59,314 bases of DNA from Perkinsus chesapeaki ATCC PRA-425 (taxonomy: Eukaryota > Protista > Perkinsozoa), in the NCBI GenBank assembly GCA_013115145.1, contig JAAPAO010000165.1, positions 1 through 59,314 of the forward strand, written 5' to 3'. A model generated the notes under the pieces. It saw only the letters and a program-made list of their open reading frames with translations, did not search any database and was not told where the DNA came from. The stretch's first letter is position 1; the number at the start of each line of letters is the position of its first letter. The translations under genes were made by a program, and so were the position numbers. Positions 28,401-40,785 of this stretch are shown here, in pieces.

Positions 28401-31400
28401 AACTGGCAATCAGCTGGGCAAAAAAGAAGGTATTTTTTCGGAAATTTCTAGATTTTTTCCAAAATTTTCCATTTTTCAGGGCGGCCCCACGACCTAAATA
28501 CAGCTTCCACAGGTGTCTCACCGCCATCACGAGACGTCGAAGTGAGTTTCCTGGCGCGTGAATTTTTTATTTCACCCTCAGCTTGGCGTCGATTCCCCTG
28601 TTCGGCAAATCAGTGATGATGTCGAGCATGATCCGATCTTCCCAGAGAGCGTCTGCGCGATCGTTCTAGTAAGTTTTAGCGGAGCGAAGTTTCCCTACTC
28701 TATTTTTGACTATTTACACTGAGAGAAGTACGAGGAAAAATTTTCTGACATTTTTCGAAACTTTTTTCTTTTCGAAAATTGTAACTCAATTTTTGTGATG
28801 TATTCATCCTTGAGCTTGACTCCTCTAGATACAATTCGAAAAACTCCGCACTTTTTCCGGAAATTTTTCCGAGTTTTTTTCGAAAATTTTTATGAGTTTT
28901 TTCCGGCAATTTTTCCTTGCTTAGTTACCTGGAAACGGTGCCTGCACCTGGAGCGTTGATGCCCGATCCAATTTAGTGCGCTGTTTGACGCGGCTCATCG
29001 ACATCGGCCTCCCCGCTCGGCAAATCTTTGTGGTCGATTGTGGCAGTGGTCTGACACCAATAGACGATACTTGGCGAGTTGTAAGAAAGAATCGATTTTT
29101 TCCCGGAATTTTCCCCCAGTTTTTTTGGTATTTCCAAGTGTTATATTTTCGGATTATTCTTTCAATTCTATTCCTAAATTTTTAGTACAATTTTTTAGTT
29201 AACGGTTGTGGTTTCTAACTGTTTTTCCCCGATTTTTCATCAGTTGCATCCCAAATTAGTTTTCCAGTCAGCTTCTCAAGAATTTCGACGCTCTTGGCTC
29301 TTTGTCGTGATAACTGAGCCCGTCCAAATTTCTATATTCTTCGTACTTGTTGTAATTTCCCTTCTTTCCATTTCCCGCTTGTCGTTTTCTCAATTTTCCC
29401 AATTTTTCCTCTTTTCTTATAATTCGCCTTGCAGATACATACGGTTGTCTCCCCCGACATCAATTACAGTTACCTTCCCGAAAATAACCGAATTCTCGGC
29501 GCCTATTGGGCAAATAAGATATGGATCCCCTATGCCGGCAAAAAAGCGGCAGCAGCGAGTGGCATGAAGTAAGAACGTCTCGGGTTCGATCCCCGGCAAA
29601 GGCATTTTTATTGTAATTTTTCAGGACTGGCAGTTCGGGTGTGTTCGAAAGCAAATCTGAAGGAAGTACGTCAGTTTTATTGGGAAAATTTCGGAAAATT
29701 CCTCGAAATTTTCAGGTCCGAATGTAACCTTTCGCTACGCTCTTATCGTGGATGATATCGAAACGGTATTGCCGAGCACGTTCGATCTTCGGTCGCTCAA
29801 TCTCGGGTAAGAGGAAAAAATATTTTTTCCGGATTTTTCCCCACAGGGAAAGCAAACCTGCAGCAGTTCACTTTCCCGTTACAATTGACCCGAGAAACGT
29901 AAGAAATTTTCCGGGAAATTTTCAGGAATTTTTTTCAGCGACCGACCGAAGACTTGGCAAAATTCGCCGACATGCGGTTGATGCTACAGTGCGCTCACAT
30001 CAATTTGCAGGCCAACTTGCTCGGTGGGGCACTTTCGACGCAGAGGGGGATAAGCCTTTGGCATAGAGGAGCACTGGATAAGGTGAGGAAAAATTGGGAA
30101 AAATTGGGAAAAATTGGGGAAAATTGGAAATATTGGGAAAAATTGGGAAAATGGGGGAAAATGGGGGAAAATTGGGAAAAATTCGGGAAAATTCGGGAAA
30201 ATTCGGGAAAAATACAATATAAACCTGACATGGTAATATCCGTAAGCCCTGGTTTTTTGTTCTGAACATATTATACATATTTATACTAGAGATTTTGAAA
30301 GGGTTGGTGGGAATCAATTTTTCAGGTGTAAAACCGGAATTTGAGAATTACGCTTTTACACATTTTGTCGAACCGTTCGATCCTCTCCACAATAGGTTTC
30401 ATTTCGAATGACAGATTTTCTTGCAGCGCCGCGAAATTATTTTTGTCAGGTTTTATATGAGCACGGTACGGAGCCTTTTGCCGTGTGCGGTATCTTCGCC
30501 GGCTTACTAATGCTTCGACAGCGCGACGAAGATATCATCAAAACTGCAGTTCAATTGGCTCCTGAAACGTTCGGGAATTCACCTTATGTAAGTGGCGAGA
30601 ATCGAACCTGTGCGGGAAAGGGTGACCGGGGTTTAGACAAGGAATTAAGGTGCTTTATTGATCTTAAGAATCGATGTAAATTTTTGTGAGTATCTTTTGT
30701 CAGGTGGATGTTGGTTTTCAACCTAAAGATATTATTGAGTACGTTGCACAGGAAACGGAAGCCGCCGCACCCGCAAGATTTTTGATGTTGTAAGATATCA
30801 TTATAGATTCGGTCGGAAAGTATCCGGGGGAATTTCAAATGTTTCTATTCTTGTCTAGTCTTCGGGCATTTCTCTCTTTTCCTCTTGCTTTTTACGAGTT
30901 CCTATTTACCTCCTTTTTCTTATGCTTATCTGTATTTCTTCTTCTACCGGTTTTTTGTTTTTTTCCTATCGTGTGGGTTTTTTACCTTCTGTTTCGCCTC
31001 AATTTTTCCTTCTCAATGGTAAGTTATCATCCGTTTCAGGTATTTCCGTGAACTCCTTTGGGTGCCTTCCTTCACCCATATGCGGTCGGTCTTCTTCAAG
31101 CCTTTTTTGTTCTTCGTACCAATTCTATCGGGCATTTTGGATTTCCTTCGCCCTCTGGTGAGTTCCGTCACGCGCCAGGAAATTATCTCTGTGATCCGGT
31201 GAATCGCAATTGCAGAATCACACGCGGAAATGGAAATAAATTTTTATGAATTTGAACGAGAAATAACAAATTAGTTTCAATTGAGGGAATTTGAGACGAG
31301 CGGGATATGTTCATCGGCCAAGCCAATTTGACTCTGAAGGAAAGTGGAATTCGCGTCGAGGGTTCTTTCGGAATTGAATTACGTTCAAAGCTTCCGGGGG

Positions 31401-32831
31401 GGGAGCCTTGTGAACTCTTGTGTAAGTGCATTCGTCTGGAATGAAGGCGAAGGAAATATAATCGAAATGTTGGTGGGGAATATGCTTCTAGGGAAGAACC
31501 AAATACTTTACTTTTGGGCCCTTCTGGGTCTGATGTTCCTCCAGTTTACCTTACTCTTGCGCGGGATGAATAGCGTTAGTACAATACGGAGATCCCTGGA
31601 AAGTCGTGGGTTCGATTCCCAGCGACGGTATTTTTCAGATATTATGCTCTTTGGTGTTTCGGGACCCTTTAAGTTTATTGGTTATGTTAATCGTTCTGGC
31701 CATCTTTTCCTGGCTTCTCGCCCTATTGATTATGGCATCACACAGAAAAGGGTGAGTTTCGAATTCGAAAAAATTAGCTAAATTGCGGTGACTGTTTCAG
31801 ATCATCTCGGATTCGTCGAGCGGGAACAGCGTATGGGTTGCGAGGGTTTCTACTTCATCCATTTTTCCAATTTATTAACTCACTAACGAGGATGGCAGGG
31901 GTAAGAAAATTACGGTAAAAATACCGCCGCCGGGGATCGAACCGGCGCGTGCTCGCCGAGTTTCAAAAGCAGCGGGTGGAAAATGGCTGAGAAGATGAAA
32001 TTGAATCGCTGGCGAGGACCGACTTTCCGGTCGCTCGGTTTTGGTGGAAATTATTATTCAACTAAAAAAATTCAAATTTTTGATGATGAAGTCGCGGCTG
32101 GGATAGGAAAGAGGCGCATGATAAATTTGAAGATGACTGAAAGTTGCTTGTATGCTTTAATGTGTTTCGAGTGCGTCGAAGGATACCAAAATCATAGTAT
32201 TGGAATTCGGCAAAACTTTTTTCGGAAGATTTTTAGGAAGGCGAAGACTTCGGCGACACGGTCGGCGCTTCGTGGCCCTTATCTTTTTAAGCAGCTTAAC
32301 AATCGTCATGATGCTCGATGATGTTGGAGAGAAATTAAAATTTCAAAATTAAAACGAAGTTAAATTGGAAAAGTCAGTTTGCGACGATATCTATCTTACT
32401 TTAATCCTGAACAAAATTTTAATTGGCTTTTCCCCATTTCAAATCGGCCGACTTCCTGGCCCCTGTCCCCTCGCCGAGGATCGAACCCGATACCTCTTCC
32501 TCTCAGCACTTCGTTCTTCTATTTGGTTCGAACTGGCAAGAGCGAGCTCTGACCGGTGATGAGAACTCCCTGCGGGTGGGCCTGCGGGTCGATGACATTC
32601 GAGACATCCCACCGTGCCCGCCGAGCACAGAAGTGGACTGGTTTTCGGTAAGAAGATTTCAGGAACTTTTTCCGACGTTTTACATTTTTTCTGGGGATGT
32701 TCCACGATATTCCTGCCTTGATTTTTTCTCACGCGCCACGAAATTATTTTTTTCAGGTTTGGGCAGGCGCTGGTCCGCAAGGAACTGGTGATCATCGACA
32801 CCATGCAGACCGCGAGATGTCGGAAGACTAG
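22494..32831 (+). CDS. GT2-like (processive glycosyltransferase family 2) multi-pass membrane protein, paralog 1; catalytic motifs degenerate
   Basis: About 30 exons. S/P/R-rich N-terminus (RPPLHPST), TM segments, Cys-containing segment, then QIFVVDCGSG, PDINYSYLPE, RYALIVDDIETVLP, AAVHFPVT, ISLWHRGAL, a hydrophobic C-terminal region and IPPCPPSTEVDWFSVW. TAG at 32829-32831. Colinear with paralogs 2 and 3. Confidence 0.75.
23538..23745 (+). repeat. 33-bp tandem repeat, about 6 copies
   Basis: Unit GGAAATTTATGTGGAAAAAKGCAGGGAAAAGYS with starts at 23551, 23584, 23617, 23650 and 23683. Lies inside a paralog 1 intron. Confidence 0.95.
24717..25022 (+). repeat. 26-bp tandem repeat interrupted by an assembly gap
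   Basis: Unit GACAATGTAGATAATACATTCCAGAG (24725, 24751, ...). About 6 copies before the N-run and about 2 diverged copies after it. Confidence 0.95.
24870..24965. other. Assembly gap (96 N)
   Basis: Run of N inside the 26-bp array, so the true array length is unknown. Confidence 0.99.
26859..26901. repeat. Perfect 43-bp palindrome (21-bp arms, 1-nt spacer) in an intron
   Basis: TCTCATATATATCCTACATAA - T - TTATGTAGGATATATATGAGA. Confidence 0.95.
30086..30212 (+). repeat. 10-bp-periodic A-tract array (GGGAAAAATT)n in an intron
   Basis: About 12 degenerate units. Related arrays at 28130-28181 (complement), 37848-37908 (29-bp unit) and 40187-40286 (20-bp unit). Confidence 0.9.
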
Positions 32832-33138
32832 CAAAATCTTCGCAGTGCGGCGACGCGTATCTTTTGGGGGAGGTTGTTGTTAATAGGAATCTTTGTATTA
32901 TGACTGTTGCATTATTATCACATTTATTGACTTCGGTGGAAGTCTCGAGAACTTTCGAGCCGCAGAAAATAGTATATTAAATCAGACGGTTACAGAAGGA
33001 TGAGTGTTTGGTTTGAGTGAAATGAATGGGCGGAGCGAAGCGATTCATGATTACGGTTTTCGTTTCTTGAAGGGTTTTTGGATTATTTGAGCGGAGCGAA
33101 GCGATTCAGAATTATCATTTTCATCTCTCATTCATCTC

Positions 33139-36100
33139 ATGTCCAGTTCCCGGTCGACGTATCGAGCTCAGGGCTCGTCAGTGAACGACCCAACTCGCCA
33201 GGGTCGACACGCGCGCTCGAGCTCTCCAAACCAGCGAAGTAAGGTATCTTCAAATCGATCGCGTGATCGATTTGAGTTAGCGCCACGAGGGCCGCCTCCT
33301 CGAGCACCCAGCCCTTCGTTTGGGCCGCGTCGACCGCCGTTACACCCGAGCACTCCGAAACTCGCCACTGGCAGTCCAAGGTAAGGAAAGATTTTGGGAA
33401 TTTCAGGAATTTTTTTACGAAAATTGTACGGAAAAACGGAAATTTCATGGGAAAAAACTAGGCAGGAAAGTGTCGGGGAAGGAAAATTGTTCAAGAACAA
33501 CTTTGTCAAGCTTTATTGGGGGAAAGTAAAAGAAATCGCAAAAAAATCATGTTTCGGAAAATATCTTTTCAACGAAAATTTGGTAGTGAAATACATCATC
33601 ATTTTTGTTATTTCCAGACGCGCTTCACCTTCCCGTAAAGCCTCCCCTCCAGCAGCGCCTCCTCTACCGCTGTACGTACAAGAAATTGATAGCGGGGACG
33701 AGGCATCACCACCGCCAGCTGAGATAGACGAACCAAAAGCAAGTAGGCAAGTGGAAAAATGAGAACGTGAAACGCTTCGCTCCGCTAGATTAATGGTTCA
33801 TTCTACTATTGACTGTCGAATGGATTTAGTTTTCCTTTTGATTGTTTTCTCCGTAATTTCTGCAGCTAAAAAATGAGGATTCAATACGTAGTTGACGCCG
33901 CCGGGAATCGAACCTGAATTGGGAATTTTCCGGGAAAATTTCTTTTCTTCAGCTCGAATTCGAGAATCACCACCGAAGTTCCGCAACCGAGCAGATTCAT
34001 TCGGCTCTGACGGTAAGAGAAGTCGATTAAAGTCGTGCGCTTTTCATATGGACCATTTCAGCTGGTGTGAGTGTTGGTGATTTTCCGAACGATATTACGT
34101 CGGATGGAGCTGCCATGATGGTCTCAGCGGCAACTACTAAGGATGGATCGGTTAGGATTGGCGAAACTCCTATGGAGGAGATGATGCGTCATGAGAGGAA
34201 GTAAGGGTATCTTGGAGTTGAGCGTGCAAGATCCGAATAAGGTTGGATTGGGTGGTTTTCAGGTATTTCCGGAGCACATTGCCGAAGAAGTTAGTCAATC
34301 CTTGTGGCTGTTTCTGTCGAATAGTTTCCACTGTTATATGGATCGTAAGTTGGAGATGGTATCTTTAGGTTGAGCGTGCAAGATACTAACTAAGTTAACT
34401 TTCTCTCAGGCCATATCTATCATCGTGAGCGCATCTGTATACACTCAATCCACAGGGTGGGTTGAAGGCTTAACATGCATCCAACCGGCCCATACATACG
34501 GCGCTGTTCCGGGATACTCCAAGGTGGGAAAATTTTCCCGGAAAAAATTCCGAAATTTTCCTATTTCAGGTTTTTGCTGCATGGGATGTCACTGGTACCC
34601 ACGACACAATCGAAGGGACAAGGTGCCGCGTTTGGTTTCAATTCGACCCGCGGGTTGGAGTGAGCCAAACTGCCGTCAGAGCCATCACTCAGTACAGCAT
34701 CGATACTGGTGCCTTGTGTGGTAAGAAAATAACTTTGCGAAAATTGGGCACAAATTTTGTCGTCGGAACTCGGGAGAAACTGTACTTCTCCCCTGGAATT
34801 TTACCGGTATTTGTTATGAAAATTTTACGGAAAAATAATAAAAATAATAAGTTTAATTTGGATTCCGGATAACATTTTTTTGATTAATCTCGTATTTTTG
34901 GTATCTCGAAAAAAACTAAATTCTCCGAAATTTTCTCGCCGAAATTCCGCGGAAAAACTTTTTTCCGAAGAAGTTTTTCCAGAAACTTTTTCGCAGGCTA
35001 TTACAGCGAAGATGAATTTGGTGGCGATTGCGCTGGTGGGCACTGCTGGACATGCATCTCGAGCATCCCGTGTACGCATACGGTGGGGCAATCAGTTCCT
35101 ATTGGGGAAGACTCAGAGGTTAGTTGGACTGATCAAAGGTGAGTCGATGAAGAATTTTGGGGAATTTTCGGGAAATTTCCGGGAAAAAAATCCCGGAAAA
35201 AGGTGTGCCCGCGAGTGAGGAGAACGGTGAAGCTTTTGAAAGGATGTGCTATGGATAGAGCTGAACGAAATGGTCTCTGTTTTTTCTACTGCTTCGTTGG
35301 TTCATCTTAATATTAATTTACCATCAAATGATTTTTCGTGGTTTTTTATATTTTTTGTAGGTGGCTAATTTAGTGGCGCGTGACTCTACTATCAGGTTTC
35401 CTGTGTTCTATCCGAACTCATCTGCCCCACCGCTGGAGCTCCGTATGGATGATGACCATGAAGTCATCGTCAACAACGCTGTCATTGGACTCGAGCCGGT
35501 TTGTTCGGTTGACGGGAATGTAGGGAAATGTAGGCGGAGCGAAGCGATTCATGTTTCACATTTTTAGGTTACTCCTGGGCACATTATAGTAGTTCAGGGA
35601 TTCATTATCACTGGAATGTTACTTGTCTTGTTTGTTATCATCAGAGAAATGTATCTTTGGGTAGGTTGGGATGTGTGGTATCTTTGCGCACTATAAAGAG
35701 TTCTCATGGGTATCTTTTGCGCACGAGGAAGAATTTACGCGGGTATCTTTGCGCACTATGAATATTTTAGTATCGACTTTACGCGGGTATCTTTGCGCAC
35801 TATGAATATTTTAGTATCGACTTTACACGGGTATCTTTGCGCGCTGTGAAGATTTTCTGTTTTTAGTGGTGTAAAATTCAACAGAATCATAAGCGAGCAG
35901 TCGACTGTTCTGTAATAGCGTGTCACATGCATGAAGTAAGAAGAGAGATGCGACGGCGAGTAGAAGGACAATGGGAGACAGAGGCCGTTCGGTACCTATC
36001 TCAAATCGATCACGTGATCGATTCGCTTCTCAGGCGGATGGTGGACTCCCAAAGGCATGCTGAAAGTGAAGGCGAGCGACGGGTATGGGTTCCAGAGCAA

Positions 36101-39100
36101 TTTTGTGGCGCGCGGTATTTATGTTTCTATTTCAGGACGGAAGCTTATCGCCGGGCGCCAGAGGCTTTTCCGCTGACCAGGATTCCCCGTCTGGTCTCCG
36201 GTCGAATGTCCAGCGTCATTTTGAGCACGGGTGCTTATGCGTGCTAGTTTTATTCATACCAAATTTTGGTATACTTTTAGGAGTATATTGAGTCATGACC
36301 CGAGTCCAACGGCAATGCTGGCACGAGCACATTCCACGACAAAGTTTGGGATTGGTTAGATTTGGAGAATCTTCACAGTGCGCAATGAGTATCTTTAGGT
36401 GCGATGAATCCACTCTGTCGAGACCGTGCTGCTGGTTGGGATGTTCAGGTTAAAAACATGCGGGTGAGTTTTGTGGAATGGCGGGAAATTTCAGAAAAGA
36501 GAACAAAATTTCCGGAAAAACGGAAAATTTCCAGAAAAAAAACGGAAAATTTCCGGACAAAAACGTGTTCGCTGGCAAGTAAACAGTGGGAAAAAATGAC
36601 AGACGTGGGGAAATTTTTTCAAGATTTAAGATTTTTCCGGTATTTTTCCTGTGACAGGTCGGACTACGACGACGGCAGAGGACTGCGTTAGTTCGAGGCG
36701 TGCTGAAGACGATGATACGTGCATTTCTGTAGGAGTATCTTTGCGCACTGTGAAGATTTTTGTGTCAGTTTCCTCATTCTTCATATCTTGGCTTGTCTCT
36801 TTGTATTTGCCGTTTCTCCTCGACAACTGTTCGATTCATCTTGGTGGAGTGAGTTGAGAAAATGTAAGTGAGAGTAAGATTGTAAGATTTCAGGTATATT
36901 GGATGCTGCCAGAGGCATACAGCAGGTCGGGACGGGGTCTCCTTGGGTATTCACGGATTTGCTCGTCCTTGTGGACGTTGCCTTGTTGATTTTGATGGCG
37001 ATTCCATCTGCAGTGCGGGCTAGTTGGTAAGGGGGTTGGTTCAGGCTTCGGAAGGTTGCTGGTTCAATTCTCGGCGGGGCTATGCTCACTTTAATTCATT
37101 GCAAATTTGCCGAGTTTGATTTCTTAGGTGGCCTCGAGGTGACTTTAAGTCAGACAGGATGACATCCTCAGACGCCCCGACCAAGCGAGCCCATGAATTT
37201 AGTCCACTTGACAAGAGTAAGTCACGCGTTGAGGAAATGCAAGATTTGCAAGGCTTCGCAAGAGGGAGTTATACTAATAATTGAATACTTGCTAACCAAG
37301 GCTACATCTTCGCACATAATCGTCGGGGGAATTTCATTTGTCGAAGTCAGGAAAATTAGAAAAATTTCTCCTGTATGAAAATTTCGTCATAATTTTCTGC
37401 CCGTGTGTGGGTGTTCGTGTAGTGCGTGGGAGGACGAAAACTACTGTCAACGAGTTGGAAATCTTTTGAAATTTTCGGGTTCGGAAGTATTCCATTTTAA
37501 TTTTCAGGCGCGCGACAAATGACGGTGGTTGACCAGGACGTATGTGTTATAATTGTCATTCGCAGCGGGAGCTGCGCAGATTTTACAAAACGCAAGCGAA
37601 TCGCTAAATTGGTCCGCAGGTAAGATCGTAAAATCTTCGCAGTGCGCAAGGAGTATCTTTAGGTGTGAGAATCTTTTCCCGTGTGAAGCTCCAGGATTTT
37701 CACGAGTATTTGTGGTGGATCATGGCACAGGGTTGATGCCAGCTGATGACTGTTGGAAGATGCTACAGGTGGGAATATTCCAAATCGATCACGCGATCGA
37801 TTTCAAGCATTCTGTCTCTGGAACTATTCTACTGTAACTTCCCGGGAAATGATATTTTCGCGGAAATTTCCCGGGAAATGATATTTTCGCGGAAATTTCC
37901 CGGGAAAAATGACCAAAGCCCCTTGGCGTGGAAATCGCAGTAGAACAATCGATGAGGCTTGTACACAAAATTCTGTCCCTCGCGTACTAGTTAGATAACA
38001 ATGCTCATCCGGCATAGGAATTCATGATAGTAAATTAATACATTAAATAATCCTCGGGGTGATTCGAACCTCTGCCCTTTCCGTTGTAGGACACAGTATC
38101 TCCCCATATTAACTACGCTTACCTGCCTGAAGATGATAAGGCAGTTGCCATCCACTGGGCCAACAAATCCTGGGTCTCGTCGCAAGTTCGACGATATAAT
38201 GCCAACACTAGCGGACCCAAAGTCGCGATGTAAAAGACGCGGGAAAATTTCGGGAAATTTCGGAAATTTTTGGCAGTTTTCGCTACGCCATGGTAATCGA
38301 TGATGTCGACGGGGTTGATGATTTTCTGTTGCCCACCTCGATGGACGTGGATGTTAAGGTGAGCGTTGAGGAACTGCAAGATTGGTCAAGATTGCAAGAT
38401 TCCAGGAGATTGCCAGTAAAGGTGTTAATTTGGTTTGGTTCCCCTCGACGGTTCGACCGGTTGTACAGGGACAGGATCAATCAGTTTGGGTTGACGATTA
38501 TTTATTAAAGAAAGATTCCATGTAAGTACAGGGTGCGCACTGCGAAGAATTTGCGCATGCGTGCAAATATTCGTATCTTTTCGTATTTACCGCATAGAGA
38601 CAATGGCTTATTATCGTAACTGTATTGATATGATACCTGATCGTTCTGGAGAGAGGTGGAAAGTAGATCGCTCGAGGTTGATTGGCAGGAATACAGAGAT
38701 TTACTAAAGTTAAAAAAAAACCTTCTTTTAATTAATCGCAGAATTTTATCGGGGGAAAATTAATGTATGAATAAAGAACTATGGCGGTTGAGGGAGGGCA
38801 AAGGGCGTCCTGGTCGGGAATGAGAATCTTGATTTGTCAGGTTTTTCTCGATTCAGGTTTGAAATATAATTCGTAATAAAATACCATTTTTCAGAGTTTC
38901 GTTAACTCAAGAGAAGTTGGGAAGGTCGGCGGTGGTGACACCCCAGAAATGTGTGTGCCTTTGGAATCGCAGAGTGCTATATGAAGTGATGGAGAGGATG
39001 AGTGGATCTGATGGGGTAAGGGAAAAAATATTCTGAAAAAAATTTTAGGCTGGAAAGTTGCGGAAAAATCCTAGTGGATAAGATTTTTTGCGAAAATTCG

Positions 39101-40785
39101 AAAGCAGTGGAAATTTTTTCCCAAAATTTTCGAATTTCTCCGGAAAATCGTTTTTTTTCAGAAGGACATGACGAATGCCGAGCTAACTCAGCGAATGTCG
39201 ATCGAACAGATGAAAATGAAGGGAGCATCCTCGATGATGGCAGCGCCACAGGTGGGTTACAAAAATCGATCACTTGATCGATTCGTCTGTGTGGTTGGTG
39301 ACCAGCTGATTGCTTGGGTGCGTTCCTGGTGCGAAGATAAAATTGAAATGATTTTCCGAGTGAGTGACAGGAAATCACTTTGGTTTGGAAGCGTTAGATT
39401 GCGATTAGTATAGTCTCAAGCGTTACAGATGCGGTTGTGGTGACCGGGTGTGGGGCAAAGTGGTTCTAAACCGACGTCTATTGAGAGGAATGGTTGGCAA
39501 TTACGAATTTTTATCGAAGAGGAAAATTTTTGGGCTGGCAAGATTATTTTTTACTCTGTATAATAGTCTTACTGATCAATCGTGATTTTTTTAATTTTTT
39601 TGGAGTGTGGTATTTTTCAGGTTCGTGTTACAAATCATGACCAGTTTGGTTCGCACTGTAGAGAATGGAGGATACTCTGCACCTTAATGTTAGAATCCAT
39701 CAACCCCTTTGTGTGTACAGCTTCTAGGTGGGGACAATTTGCACAATAAATTTGCACGCGTGCGCACGTTTGTGCTTTTCTTCAGATGGGCAGCCAAATT
39801 ATGGATTTTGCTATATTATGTTGTACCCGCCTTCTTCATTATCACAAGGTAAGCAAAAATTCTCCCAAATTTTCCGGAAATTTTGTTTTTTCCCTCAGGC
39901 CTTTTTACCTCGGAACACTATTGTTAAGAGCTCCAATCGATATTCCGATCTTGTTGGCAGTAAGTATAAAAAGATATTTTTCGAGGTTGAATAGTGACCT
40001 ACGCGGCTGTATCCAACTTTATAGAAGGTCTTCTGGCTCTCCCTGGATTTTCTCAAAAAATATTTTACCTAAACTTACTCTTTCCCTCTTCCTCCGATTT
40101 CCCTGAGGATTTTTCCGTTTCTCTTTCATTCCGAAGTTCCTCTTCTTGCAAAATTTCTCATCTTCCTGAAATTCCCTTATTTTTCGTGAAATTTTCCCAT
40201 TTTTCCTGAAATTTTCCCATTTTTCCTGAAATTTTCCCATTTTTTCCGAAATTTTCGCATTTTTCCCGAAATTTTCCCATTTTTCCCACCTCAGATATAT
40301 TATGTAATTCTAAACGTGCTCTCCGTTTCCCTAACTCTCCTGGCCCTCCGCAAGCGCCCCGAAATCAAACGCCATTGGACCATGTAAGCCGATAGTAGCA
40401 AATCGATCATCTGGGCGAGCGCTTTTGTCAGCCCTCTCCTGCTGTTTGTATTACCGCTGTACAAATTGGCGTATGACATTGCATATCTTCATACCAGCCT
40501 TTTTCACACAATGTTCAAATTGTGTGCATCTTACCCATCTATAAGGGAAGGGGAAAAGAAGGTAATAATCTTGCAATCTTGCATTTTCTCAACGCTGGTA
40601 TGCCGCTTCAGCCTTGTGGAGCGGGAGTGCCGCCGTTGCCGGGAAGCTCTACGGTTGATTGGTTTTCGGTGTGGGTGACCGAGGACGAAATCGAAGTTCT
40701 GAAGGGCCGCGGAAAGTCAATTCATAAAAGCGGCGGGGCGGTTTGGGTTGCCCCGGAGAAGGGGAGTAGGGGTAGTCGATTGTAG
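33139..40785 (+). CDS. GT2-like multi-pass membrane protein, paralog 2
   Basis: MSSSRSTY..., RPPLHPST, RVFVVDHGTG, PHINYAYLPED, RYAMVIDDVDGVDDFLLP, VCLWNRRVL, TM exons and VPPLPGSSTVDWFSVW. Stop at 40783-40785. Confidence 0.75.
35734..35854 (+). repeat. 44-bp tandem repeat (about 2.7 copies) built on the TGCGCA element
   Basis: TTTACGCGGGTATCTTTGCGCACTATGAATATTTTAGTATCGAC starting at 35734, 35778 and 35822. Confidence 0.9.

Noticed and set aside
29954-30317. F/P/N/S-rich and W/E/K-rich ORFs over the A-tract arrays
   Set aside because: They are translations of low-complexity intron repeats, open on both strands.
31492-31574. AG/GT-bounded hydrophobic segment (GKNQILYFWALLGLMFLQF) as an extra exon of paralog 1
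   Set aside because: The paralog alignment joins DFLRPL directly to ILCSLVFRDP, and an 83-nt insertion would shift the frame. RNA-seq is needed to revisit it.
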